64,000 bases of DNA from an uncultured Gammaproteobacteria bacterium (GTDB taxonomy: Bacteria; Patescibacteriota; Patescibacteriia; Patescibacteriales; GWE2-39-37), in contig CAYUCS010000003.1 in assembly GCA_964443495.1 (NCBI GenBank), positions 68,031-132,030 of the forward strand. The letters are read 5' to 3'. This document shows positions 26,217 through 34,532 of the stretch, piece by piece (position 1 is the stretch's first letter; each line of letters starts with the position of its first letter). The notes beneath the pieces were generated by a model. That model had not been told where the DNA came from, did not search any database, and was given only the letters and a program-made list of their open reading frames with translations. A program made the position numbers and the translations under genes.

Positions 26217-26278
26217 GTCCTGGCACTCCAGGAATTTCAAGATTCAAGCCGGGCCTACGCTCGGCTTGAATTATATCT

Positions 26279-27313
26279 ATGAGAATACTTGCTATTGAAT
26301 CCAGTTGTGACGACACTTCCGCAGCGGTGGTTGAGGACAATCAGTCGCTGATTTCGGTTATTTCCAACGTGGTCAGCTCGCAAACCGACCTCCACCAGAA
26401 ATTCGGTGGCGTCGTGCCCGAACTCGCTGCTAGAGAGCATGTGGGCAATGTTTTACCGGTCATCAACGCGGCTCTTGCCCAGGCCGGAATCGATATTAAA
26501 GAAATCAAGAACAGTATCGATGCCATTGCCGTCACCTCCGGGCCCGGACTTGTGACCTCGCTCATGGTTGGCATTGAAACCGCCAAGACTCTGGCACACA
26601 CGCTAGGGCTGCCGCTGATCAACGTCAATCACGTCGAGGGGCACATACATGCCAACTTTATTGACCGCGACGACATCCAACTGCCCGCCATAGTGTTGAC
26701 CGTTTCAGGCGGCCACACCAACTTGGTCATGATGGACGAGAACAAAAACCTGACTATCGTGGGGCAGACTCGCGATGACGCAGCGGGCGAGGCTTTTGAC
26801 AAGGCAGCGCAACTGATGGATCTGGGTTATCCGGGCGGCCCGATAATTTCCAAGCTGGCAGGCGAGGCTTTTGACGAAGATAAGTTAAGATACCACATCG
26901 ACTTGCCACGTCCAATGATCGGCAGTCACGACCTGGATTTTTCCTTTTCCGGACTCAAGACCGCCCTGCTGTACGCCCTCAATAATGATCCGGAGTGGCG
27001 CAAAAAGATTTCGTCCTACTGCGACGCTTTCGAATCTGCCGTCGTCGACGTCTTGGTTTCAAAAACCTTGGCCGCCGCCAAAAAACATAATGTCAAAACC
27101 ATCATGCTCTCAGGCGGCGTCTCGGCTAATCGTAAATTACGCGCTACCATGAAAGAGTCGGCCGAACATCTTAACTACAGCTTTTCAGCCCCAGACCTGG
27201 CCTACACTTCAGACAATGCGGCCATGATCGGAGCAGCAGCATGCCACAAATTTTACCAAAATCAATTTACAGACATCACAACACTTCGAGCTGAGCCTAA
27301 TCTGGAAATATAA
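26279..27313 (+). CDS. tsaD: tRNA N6-adenosine threonylcarbamoyltransferase TsaD
   Basis: MRILAIESSCDDTSAAVV...VNHVEGHI...SGGHT...: Kae1/TsaD motifs; 344 aa. Confidence 0.95.
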   Translation: MRILAIESSCDDTSAAVVEDNQSLISVISNVVSSQTDLHQKFGGVVPELAAREHVGNVLPVINAALAQAGIDIKEIKNSIDAIAVTSGPGLVTSLMVGIETAKTLAHTLGLPLINVNHVEGHIHANFIDRDDIQLPAIVLTVSGGHTNLVMMDENKNLTIVGQTRDDAAGEAFDKAAQLMDLGYPGGPIISKLAGEAFDEDKLRYHIDLPRPMIGSHDLDFSFSGLKTALLYALNNDPEWRKKISSYCDAFESAVVDVLVSKTLAAAKKHNVKTIMLSGGVSANRKLRATMKESAEHLNYSFSAPDLAYTSDNAAMIGAAACHKFYQNQFTDITTLRAEPNLEI

Positions 27314-27347
27314 AAACAACCTCGCAATATTGCGAGGTTGTTTTTTT
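27312..27347. terminator. Bidirectional terminator between convergent tsaD and the YibE/F gene
   Basis: AAAAACAACCTCGCAATATTGCGAGGTTGTTTTTTT. Confidence 0.8.
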
Positions 27348-27356
27348 ATAACATTA

Positions 27357-28472
27357 TCAAGATCTCTTAGCCCACCAGGCGGCCAAAAGGGTGGATACCG
27401 GCACTGCCAGAACCAAACCGATGCTGCCCGCCATAGTGCGGACGATTTCCGTGGCGATAAGCTCGTTGTTGACCGCTTGCCCCCAGCCGGCAAAACCGCT
27501 CTGGCCGCTACCGAACAAGACCAGAAGCGAAAGCGAAGCGCCGGCATACGCCAAAAACAAGGTATTGGTCATCGAACTGATGTGCGAAACTCCGACCCTA
27601 TACGCGCGCTTGAATATTTCCGCCCTACTCAAATGACTATCAGCCTTATGTATTTCCAAAGCAGTGGCTACTTGCGAAATAACGATGTCATCCAGCACGC
27701 CCAAGGCACCGATAATAATTCCCGCCATCAAAAGTCCCTGGAAATTGATCGTACCCGTGCCGACGCCGATCAAGAAGCTGCTTTCCTCGCTTGATAAGCC
27801 GGATAGCTTCGTCAGTCCGACGAACAGCCAGGATAGGCCAACGGTAATCATCAAGCTGATGAAAATGCTCGCCACGCTCAAGTGCGAAAGCTTGCTGAAG
27901 CCTTCGGTCAGATAGATAATGATCATCAGGATCACGAACGACCCGATAACCGTCACTACAATCGGGTCGGCGCCGGCAATGATCTGCGGCACGATGTATT
28001 TCATGATAACCAAAAAGCTTAGCCCCAAAGACAGGATCGAGCGCAAGCCTTTCAGTCCGCCGACCGCAATCAAGCTCAACAAGAATATTATGCCCAGAAG
28101 CAACAGGCTGTTGGTCCTGACATAGTCGGTCACGTAAAAAGTCGTTTCGCCCTGGTGGTCCATCGAAGCCACCACCAAAACCTTGTCGCCCTGGCTATAG
28201 ATATTCTTTTTGATCACATCGACATCGCCGATGCCATAATAATTCACGACCTTGTCCTTGTATTCTCCTTCCAACCCTTTGAGCCTGAGGTTCTGCTGCT
28301 CGACTTGCGTGCCGTCGGGCAAGGTGCTCAGCTGCTGCTTAACCACCTCCTGCACCAGCGCTTTGAATGTCGTGTCCGCCGCGGTTTTTTCCTGCGCGAA
28401 CGCAGAAAAAAACGGTAGCATCAAACTACCGCTAACGATCGCTATTAAGAAAATCTTTTTCTTTAATACCAT
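27357..28472 (-). CDS. YibE/F family polytopic membrane protein
   Basis: Signal/TM start at MVLKKKIFLIAIVSG (ATG 28472; an alternative ATG lies at 28487). It has an extracytoplasmic N-domain and then multiple TMs with the GALGVLDDIVISQVATALE motif. Confidence 0.75.
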   Translation of the reverse strand: MVLKKKIFLIAIVSGSLMLPFFSAFAQEKTAADTTFKALVQEVVKQQLSTLPDGTQVEQQNLRLKGLEGEYKDKVVNYYGIGDVDVIKKNIYSQGDKVLVVASMDHQGETTFYVTDYVRTNSLLLLGIIFLLSLIAVGGLKGLRSILSLGLSFLVIMKYIVPQIIAGADPIVVTVIGSFVILMIIIYLTEGFSKLSHLSVASIFISLMITVGLSWLFVGLTKLSGLSSEESSFLIGVGTGTINFQGLLMAGIIIGALGVLDDIVISQVATALEIHKADSHLSRAEIFKRAYRVGVSHISSMTNTLFLAYAGASLSLLVLFGSGQSGFAGWGQAVNNELIATEIVRTMAGSIGLVLAVPVSTLLAAWWAKRS

Positions 28473-29674
28473 TGTATTAATAACCATATTCCCAGGATAA
28501 TCATAATTATTCCACCGAACAGATTCGACCACTTAGTCACGCGCGAACTGATAGCCGTGAGCCGCATCGAAAATACGGCGATTAAAAATATTGCCAACTG
28601 AGGAACGACGTAAAAGAAAGAGTAAAGCGCAAGATAGGAATAATACTGCCATTGAGGCAGGCCTGCCTGCGTCAAGACCGGGACATAAATGGCCGGCAAT
28701 CCAGCACTGCACAGCAGCTCAATTAAATTGATTACTGATGCTAGCGAAACTACGCCGACGAAAGCGATCCATAAAGAATTATGTCGGGCCGCCTCGCGCA
28801 GCTTCTGCATGATCGCCTGGCGTTTCGGCGCGTCCTTGATCTCGCAGCCCCCTTTACGATTGCGCCAGTACTCGCGCAAGTTATATGCTCCAGCAAAAAC
28901 AGCCACTGCAATGATCAGCATCTTCAACCAGCCCAGCAGCCCGATCAGCTGATAAACATTCAACCAGGCCGAGAGGAAAAGAAAATATGTCAGCGCCGAG
29001 GCGCCGATGAACCCACTTCCCAAAACGATCATTCGCTTGCGATCACCGCCAACCAAAAGCAGGCTCAACAAGAATAGCAAAACCCACATTGCGCAAGGGT
29101 TAAGGCTATCCAATAATCCTATTACGGCGGTTAGGGCTGGCAAAGAAAGCTTCTTGATGTCTATTTCGCCAAAAAATGCTTGCACTTTGGTCGTGTCAGA
29201 TGAGCTATCGTTATCAGCCTTTTTTGAGTCTTTGTCTCCGCTTGCGACGCCGCCCTCTTTGAGCAAGTCTGCGATCAGGTCGCGCTGAGGGCCTTTGCTG
29301 GCTTTTTTAATGAGGTCGTTTATCTTCACGCCGGTTGTTTCCGGCTCATCAAATCCAACGACCGCTTCGCTGCCGATAATCGTAACCGGCACGCCGCCGA
29401 AGCTCAAGCCAAGCATCTTTGCCGCGCTCGCCAGCAGGGCCTGATTTTCTTTATTCTTCCAAACCTCATAACGATACACTTTCAACGAACTATCGGTCTT
29501 CTCAAGATAGTCAAGAAACTTTTCCTCCTTAGCGCAGTGCGGACAGCCATTACCGTAAAAAAAATACAAACTAGTCGTTGTTGCGTTCGCAGAAAAAACT
29601 GGAAAAAGCGATATAATGACCGCCGACACACCCAGTAACACCCTGTATTTTAATGTAAGCTTTTTCGTATTCAT
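28463..29674 (-). CDS. Thioredoxin-fold (CPHC) domain fused to a DsbD/CcdA-like thiol-disulfide membrane domain
   Basis: Start at ATG 29674 (MNTKKLTLKYRVLLG... signal). The exported domain has YFFYGNGCPHCAKEEKFL. The membrane domain has LDSLNPCAMW and ELLCSAGLP Cys motifs. Confidence 0.65.
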   Translation of the reverse strand: MNTKKLTLKYRVLLGVSAVIISLFPVFSANATTTSLYFFYGNGCPHCAKEEKFLDYLEKTDSSLKVYRYEVWKNKENQALLASAAKMLGLSFGGVPVTIIGSEAVVGFDEPETTGVKINDLIKKASKGPQRDLIADLLKEGGVASGDKDSKKADNDSSSDTTKVQAFFGEIDIKKLSLPALTAVIGLLDSLNPCAMWVLLFLLSLLLVGGDRKRMIVLGSGFIGASALTYFLFLSAWLNVYQLIGLLGWLKMLIIAVAVFAGAYNLREYWRNRKGGCEIKDAPKRQAIMQKLREAARHNSLWIAFVGVVSLASVINLIELLCSAGLPAIYVPVLTQAGLPQWQYYSYLALYSFFYVVPQLAIFLIAVFSMRLTAISSRVTKWSNLFGGIIMIILGIWLLIQWY

Positions 29675-29716
29675 AAAAACTATCCTAACATAAAAAATAC
29701 CATTTACCAACCCTGT

Positions 29717-30082
29717 TCAGGCAATGTCCTTGTAGTGCCGAATCTTCGCCACACCACTCTCCCGATTGACATCAATGGCTATAAAATCCAGCCTGATCGA
29801 ACGAAACTTCAATTTGTTCGATAATAAATAAACACGGGCAGCCTGTTTCATGTTGCGTATTTTCTTATCATTGATCATTTCGACAGCTTCGCCATATCGG
29901 GCTCCGATACGAGTCTTAACCTCCACGAACACCAAAACATCTTCGTGCCAGCATATCAAATCCGTCTCTTTGTAGCTCGTCTTAACATTGCTGTCAACCA
30001 TCCGGTATCCTCGCTCGCACAGATAACCGCTTGCCAGCCCCTCTCCCCAAGCGCCCACAGATTTATTGTAAGAATTTTCCAT
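29717..30082 (-). CDS. yraN: YraN family (UPF0102) endonuclease-like protein
   Basis: GEGLASGYLCERGYRMVDSNVKTSYKETDLICWHEDVLVFVEVKTR; sits in the classic rnhB-yraN neighbourhood. Confidence 0.85.
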   Translation of the reverse strand: MENSYNKSVGAWGEGLASGYLCERGYRMVDSNVKTSYKETDLICWHEDVLVFVEVKTRIGARYGEAVEMINDKKIRNMKQAARVYLLSNKLKFRSIRLDFIAIDVNRESGVAKIRHYKDIA

Positions 30083-30118
30083 GGCATAGCAAAACAGCCT
30101 CATGCGAGGCTGTTGTAT

Positions 30119-30508
30119 TTAGGGGATGTATTTTTTTATCTTCCGTTCCTCTTCGATCTGGGCTCTGATTTGCGGGATTCTTTGAATATCTTTGCCAATT
30201 AGCCAACCCCAACCAACCATCGAGAAAAACCAAACGAGCGGCCAAAATCTCATTGACAATATGGGAACTGCTTCATACTCAAAAAACAGCAGCAACAACC
30301 CAAGGCCAGCGTTGGTAAAACCAAGAGTCATAACGCGACCATAAATTTTACGATAAAGCCCTTTAGCATTCTCTTTGCGCCACCACCACGAATATGCGCC
30401 GATAGCCGCCAAGATGACAATCAGGATTAAAAAGCCCGCTTGTGCTTGCAAGGTCAAATCGCCAGGATTAGCGCTGAACCAAAATTTTAGCGTCAGAAAG
30501 TTTTTCAT
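30119..30508 (-). CDS. Hypothetical membrane protein (3-4 TM)
   Basis: Hydrophobic segments and a Trp-rich sequence, with a basic C-terminal tail. I recognise no family. Confidence 0.55.
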   Translation of the reverse strand: MKNFLTLKFWFSANPGDLTLQAQAGFLILIVILAAIGAYSWWWRKENAKGLYRKIYGRVMTLGFTNAGLGLLLLFFEYEAVPILSMRFWPLVWFFSMVGWGWLIGKDIQRIPQIRAQIEEERKIKKYIP

Positions 30509-30513
30509 GTTTT

Positions 30514-31068
30514 CTACATTTTAGTAAATACGATGCCGTAATGATATTCCCCGGCCTGGAATTCCTCCTCGATGATTATGCCCAATTTTTTTGCTGCCGC
30601 ATGCAACAACTCCTCGTTCACCCGCTCTTCAACGGGCGGGCCAAGCGGCGAGCTGATGTTTTTCCATTCGACTACTAGCAGTCGCCCGTCCTTCTTCAGC
30701 ATCCTTATTGCTTCCCGCAATATTTCGGCACGATGCTGTGATTGATATAAAACATTGACAAGCAATGCGGCATCAAGAGAGCCTGACTCGATTTTTGTCG
30801 CATTGAATATTTCCAAATTACTCCAAATGGTTTCTACATTCAGATACCCCTCCTGCTTGGCTCTTCGCGTCACCCTCTCAAGCACCGTTTTTAGAATATC
30901 CACGGCGTAAACCTTGCCCTTTTTTCCAACCAGGTCAGCTACGGGAAATACGAAATGTCCCGAAGCGCCACAACCCAGATTTGCCACTGTCATCCTGTCG
31001 CCGATTTTGGTTTTTTTCAATATCAAATTAACATCTAAAAGGACGCTTCCTCCTACTCCTGGTATCAT
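30514..31068 (-). CDS. Class I SAM-dependent methyltransferase
   Basis: ATG at 31068 (MIPGVGGS...). Motif I VANLGCGASGHF and LLVVEW motif. Confidence 0.8.
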   Translation of the reverse strand: MIPGVGGSVLLDVNLILKKTKIGDRMTVANLGCGASGHFVFPVADLVGKKGKVYAVDILKTVLERVTRRAKQEGYLNVETIWSNLEIFNATKIESGSLDAALLVNVLYQSQHRAEILREAIRMLKKDGRLLVVEWKNISSPLGPPVEERVNEELLHAAAKKLGIIIEEEFQAGEYHYGIVFTKM

Positions 31069-31139
31069 ATAATTTAAAATTATTTTATTTGTTCTAATTA
31101 TAAATAATTTTACCAGTAATAACAAGTTAAGGACTTATT

Positions 31140-31763
31140 TTAGATAAAATTCTTAATTGGGGCAAAAGTTTTTCTGTGAATCGGGGTTGGTCCGAAGCGC
31201 TTTAAAGCGGCTAAGTGCTCGACAGTTCCATACCCCTTGTTCTTCTTGAAACCATACTGGGGATATTGTTCATCAAAATCTAACATAACCCGGTCGCGAG
31301 CAACCTTGGCAATGATCGATGCCGCAGCTATGGCAAAAACCCTCGAATCGCCCTTAACGTAGGTTTTTTGGGGCAGGTCCAAATTTTTTATACTTTTATT
31401 TCCATCAACCAACACTATGCAGTTGCTAGGCTTCTCGAGCTTTTCGACTGAATTTTTCATCGCTAGCAATGTTGCCTGAAGTATGTTTATCTTGTCTATT
31501 TCCGAATGGTCAACCAATGAATATGCCAGCATTCCGCCGAAGTCGTTAATGAGCGTATCATATATATAGTCCCTTTTTATCTCGCTCAGCCTCTTTGAGT
31601 CATTCACACCCTTAAGCGCCGGCATGTTTTTTGATCCGGGCATGAACAAAAAGCTGGCCGCGACCACCGGTCCAGCTAAGGGGCCGCGACCAGCTTCATC
31701 TACCCCGATAACTCCTTGGTAGCCGAGGCGAATCAACTTATTTTCATGCGAAAATGACAACAT
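31140..31763 (-). CDS. rnhB: Ribonuclease HII
   Basis: GVDEAGRGPLAGPVVAAS...DSKRLS...ASIIAKV. Confidence 0.95.
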   Translation of the reverse strand: MLSFSHENKLIRLGYQGVIGVDEAGRGPLAGPVVAASFLFMPGSKNMPALKGVNDSKRLSEIKRDYIYDTLINDFGGMLAYSLVDHSEIDKINILQATLLAMKNSVEKLEKPSNCIVLVDGNKSIKNLDLPQKTYVKGDSRVFAIAAASIIAKVARDRVMLDFDEQYPQYGFKKNKGYGTVEHLAALKRFGPTPIHRKTFAPIKNFI

Positions 31764-31774
31764 TATTGCTAATA

Positions 31775-32728
31775 TTAGCTCTTTTTACTTAAATCTCGTA
31801 CCACGGTTTTTTCTTTGCCCTGCTTGATTTGCAAATATTGATATGCTGCCAGGGCGGCAACGGTCCCCTGTCCAGAAGCGATTGAAATTTGCTTAAACTC
31901 TCCATTGGTCACGTCGCCAGCCGCAAAAATTCCAGGCTGTGATGTCTGACACTTGTCGTCAATCACAATCTGTTTTTGTTCATTCATTTCAACAACCCCT
32001 TTCAATATGTCAGTATGCGCAATCCTCCCTATCTCAATAAACACTCCATCAACCTCCAACTTAAAACTACTGCCATCATTTTTTTCAATCATTATGCTGC
32101 CCACTTTTGATTCGCCCAAAATTTCTTTTACCACTGAGTGATCATGAATTTCGATATTCTCCCTTTCCTTTACTTCATCTACCAACATATCGAATGCCTT
32201 GAACTTATCGCTTCGATGAATCAAATGAACCTTATTGGCTATTTTTGACAAAACTTCGGCAGCATCCAATGCTGCGTTACCACCGCCAACAACGGCCACA
32301 GTTTTGTTTTTAAACAATGGTCCGTCACAATTAGCACAATACGACACGCCTTTCCCATTAAACTTTTCTTCGCCCGCAATTGCCAGCCTTCTTGGAACCA
32401 GCCCCATTGCAACTATGACTGTTCTGCTCTCATAAGACTCTTTCGCAGTAAACACTTTAAAAGTGTCACCTGTTTTTTCTACCGCTTTAATCTCCGCAAG
32501 CTGCAATTCAACGCCTGCGCTTTTAAGATGCTTTTCAAACAACCCAACCAGTTCATAATTCTTTATCGTAACGAAGCCTGGATAATTCTCAATTTCGCCT
32601 GCCCAACCAACCTGTCCACCAACGTCCTTGCTGATAAGCAGCGTTTTCATTTCTCGCCTAACCGCATAAATTGCAGCGGCAACCCCGGCCGGCCCGGCAC
32701 CAATGATTATTGTGTCGTACATATTCAT
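31775..32728 (-). CDS. trxB: Thioredoxin-disulfide reductase
   Basis: FAD motif IIIGAGPAGVAAAIYA, redox-active CANC in GVSYCANCDGPLF, and NADPH motif VVGGGNAALDAA. Confidence 0.95.
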   Translation of the reverse strand: MNMYDTIIIGAGPAGVAAAIYAVRREMKTLLISKDVGGQVGWAGEIENYPGFVTIKNYELVGLFEKHLKSAGVELQLAEIKAVEKTGDTFKVFTAKESYESRTVIVAMGLVPRRLAIAGEEKFNGKGVSYCANCDGPLFKNKTVAVVGGGNAALDAAEVLSKIANKVHLIHRSDKFKAFDMLVDEVKERENIEIHDHSVVKEILGESKVGSIMIEKNDGSSFKLEVDGVFIEIGRIAHTDILKGVVEMNEQKQIVIDDKCQTSQPGIFAAGDVTNGEFKQISIASGQGTVAALAAYQYLQIKQGKEKTVVRDLSKKS

Positions 32729-32819
32729 TCTTATGATTTAATTTCACCTTTTCATTATACTTGCAGGACTTCACATAAACAATACCCCAAAAACTTTAGT
32801 CCACATTAGCATGGACAAA

Positions 32820-32870
32820 AATGTTCCACGTGGAACATTCTTCCGTGCAATTGTTCCACGTGGAACAATT
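32820..32870. promoter_or_regulatory. Two perfect palindromes sharing the core GTTCCACGTGGAAC (candidate twin operator)
   Basis: AATGTTCCACGTGGAACATT (32820-32839, 20 bp perfect) and AATTGTTCCACGTGGAACAATT (32849-32870, 22 bp perfect). The centres are 30 bp apart. They lie between the tRNA terminator and the trxB promoter region. Confidence 0.5.
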
Positions 32871-32940
32871 CACAATATAAACTGAGTTGAACCTGGTACC
32901 AAACTGTAAATATGAAGCATGATTTTACACTCAAAACAAA

Positions 32941-32967
32941 GAAAGCAAGCTTATTCAGCTTGCTTTC
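32941..32967 (-). terminator. Intrinsic terminator after the tRNA-Arg/tRNA-Ala pair
   Basis: GAAAGCAAGC-ttattca-GCTTGCTTTC. On the minus strand it is followed by TTTGTTTTG. Confidence 0.7.
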
Positions 32968-32973
32968 TTTCTG

Positions 32974-33047
<74 letters not shown>

Positions 33048-33070
33048 ATTTTTTGCTAATATTAGCCAAG

Positions 33071-33142
33071 TGCCCCCGGGGGGAATCGAACCACCATCGA
33101 GACGTTAGGAGTGTCTTGTTCTATCCATTAAACTACAGGGGC
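33071..33142 (-). tRNA. tRNA-Arg (anticodon CCU); CCA not encoded
   Basis: Reverse complement: GCCCCTG TA GTTT AATGGATA GAAC A AGACA CTCCTAA CGTCT CGAT GGTGG TTCGATT CCCCC CGGGGGC A. There are two stem mismatches (31:39 A.C and 51:63 U.C). Confidence 0.8.
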
Positions 33143-33233
33143 TCAACCTGATCCAGAGGGAAATAAAAAATAAAATACCTCGAACGATATTTTATAATTT
33201 TATTCAAATTTAGTCTACACTATATTTTTATTT

Positions 33234-33263
33234 TTGACAAATGTTTGCATACTAAACTAGAAT
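33234..33263 (+). promoter_or_regulatory. Candidate promoter of the bactofilin operon
   Basis: TTGACA (33234-33239), 18 nt, TAGAAT (33258-33263). Confidence 0.4.
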
Positions 33264-33299
33264 TAAACTAATAACTAAGAATGCTAAGAATAAAAAATT

Positions 33300-33680
33300 A
33301 TGTTTTCCAAAGACGAGAAGCTGAAGGGCAAAGACATTGAAACAATCATTGGTCCGTCCGTAAAGGTAAAAGGCGAGTTCAACGGCCAAGGCGATATTAT
33401 AATAGACGGAATCTTTGAGGGCACGCTAAAAACCGCCGGCAGCTTATTTGTGGGAAATAAGGCTCGAGTTCAAGCCAATATAGAGGCCCGTGATGGAAAA
33501 ATATCAGGAGAAATCAATGGAAACATAAACATGAGGGGTTTTGTTGAAATTACCGCCACTGCAAAAATAAATGGGGACATGACAGTGAACCAAATTTCTG
33601 TTGAGCAAGGGGCTATCATTAATGGAAACTTGACCATGAAAAAAGGCTCGGACGCCGGGCAGCCCGTGATGGAAAAATAA
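33300..33680 (+). CDS. Bactofilin family cytoskeletal protein
   Basis: Repetitive beta-helix pattern: IIGPSVKVKGEFNGQGDIIIDGIFEGTLKTAGSLFVGNKARVQANIEARDGKISGEINGNI. Confidence 0.9.
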   Translation: MFSKDEKLKGKDIETIIGPSVKVKGEFNGQGDIIIDGIFEGTLKTAGSLFVGNKARVQANIEARDGKISGEINGNINMRGFVEITATAKINGDMTVNQISVEQGAIINGNLTMKKGSDAGQPVMEK

Positions 33681-33693
33681 AAACTCAAAATAA

Positions 33694-34449
33694 TTGATGC
33701 ACGTTTATATCTACGATGGATTTTTGGGTAATCACAAATATTCAAAAATTCTTGCAAAAATTGAAACCAGACTTACTGACCTGGGGCTGAACGGGAAGAT
33801 TTGCAGGCTTGGGGTAATTAAAAATTACCAAGATTTGATAATGGGCGAGATTCGACGTGGCGCCAAAACCATCATCGCGGTAGGAAACGACGAAACGTTG
33901 AGCAAGGTCATAAACTCTTTGGGGGGCTACGACATTCCCGTTGGCTTCATCCCTGTTGGAAAAGAGAGAAACTCAATTGCTGAATTTCTTGGCATTGATC
34001 TTGAGTTGGCTGCTTGTGACATCTTGTCGGCGCGACGTCTGACAAAAATAGATCTTGCTCAGGCAAATCAATATTACTTTTTGACGGAAGCGTCGATTTC
34101 CGGCAAGGACACGCTTGTTGCGCTGGAAAAAGGGTATTCAATCGAAGCCCCGAATTCAGCACTGATAAAAATCATCAACCTTCCGCTAACTCATGACAAA
34201 AGCGGCCTGGCGCGCTTCGACCCAAACGATGGGCAATTGGAGTTATACATAAAAACAGAGGAAGATTCGGGTTTTTTAAAAAAGAAAGCTTTTGGAGAAA
34301 GCATCTTTACTGCTGAAAGGTTTTTTATTGAAAATAAAAAACAACAAACACTTCTTCTGGATAACTCTGTCGGAATAATACCCCCCGTTGAAATTAAATT
34401 AGCAAAACATTCAGTCACGCTAATCGTTGGCAAAAGCCGTTCATTTTAA
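33694..34449 (+). CDS. Diacylglycerol-kinase-catalytic-domain-like protein with a degenerate GGDGT motif (GNDET)
   Basis: Layout resembles YegS/BmrU lipid kinases (IIAVGNDETLSKVINSL...PVGFIPVG). The nucleotide-binding GGDGT motif reads GNDET (33883-33897). It is short at 251 aa. Confidence 0.6.
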   Translation: MMHVYIYDGFLGNHKYSKILAKIETRLTDLGLNGKICRLGVIKNYQDLIMGEIRRGAKTIIAVGNDETLSKVINSLGGYDIPVGFIPVGKERNSIAEFLGIDLELAACDILSARRLTKIDLAQANQYYFLTEASISGKDTLVALEKGYSIEAPNSALIKIINLPLTHDKSGLARFDPNDGQLELYIKTEEDSGFLKKKAFGESIFTAERFFIENKKQQTLLLDNSVGIIPPVEIKLAKHSVTLIVGKSRSF

Positions 34450-34491
34450 TGCTTCCGTGTTTTTAAATAATTAAAAATAGATTATTCACAT

Positions 34492-34523
34492 AAAAAAAGA
34501 CCGTCCACTGGACGGTCTTTTTT
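34492..34523. terminator. Bidirectional terminator between convergent genes
   Basis: AAAAAAAGACCGTCC-actg-GACGGTCTTTTTT. Confidence 0.8.
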
Positions 34524-34532
34524 GAGTGTCTA

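Noticed and set aside
26110-26440. 76-aa and 61-aa minus-strand ORFs over the tRNA-Glu repeat region and the tsaD start.
   Set aside because: They run through hairpin and repeat DNA and are antisense to tsaD. The region is better explained as non-coding.
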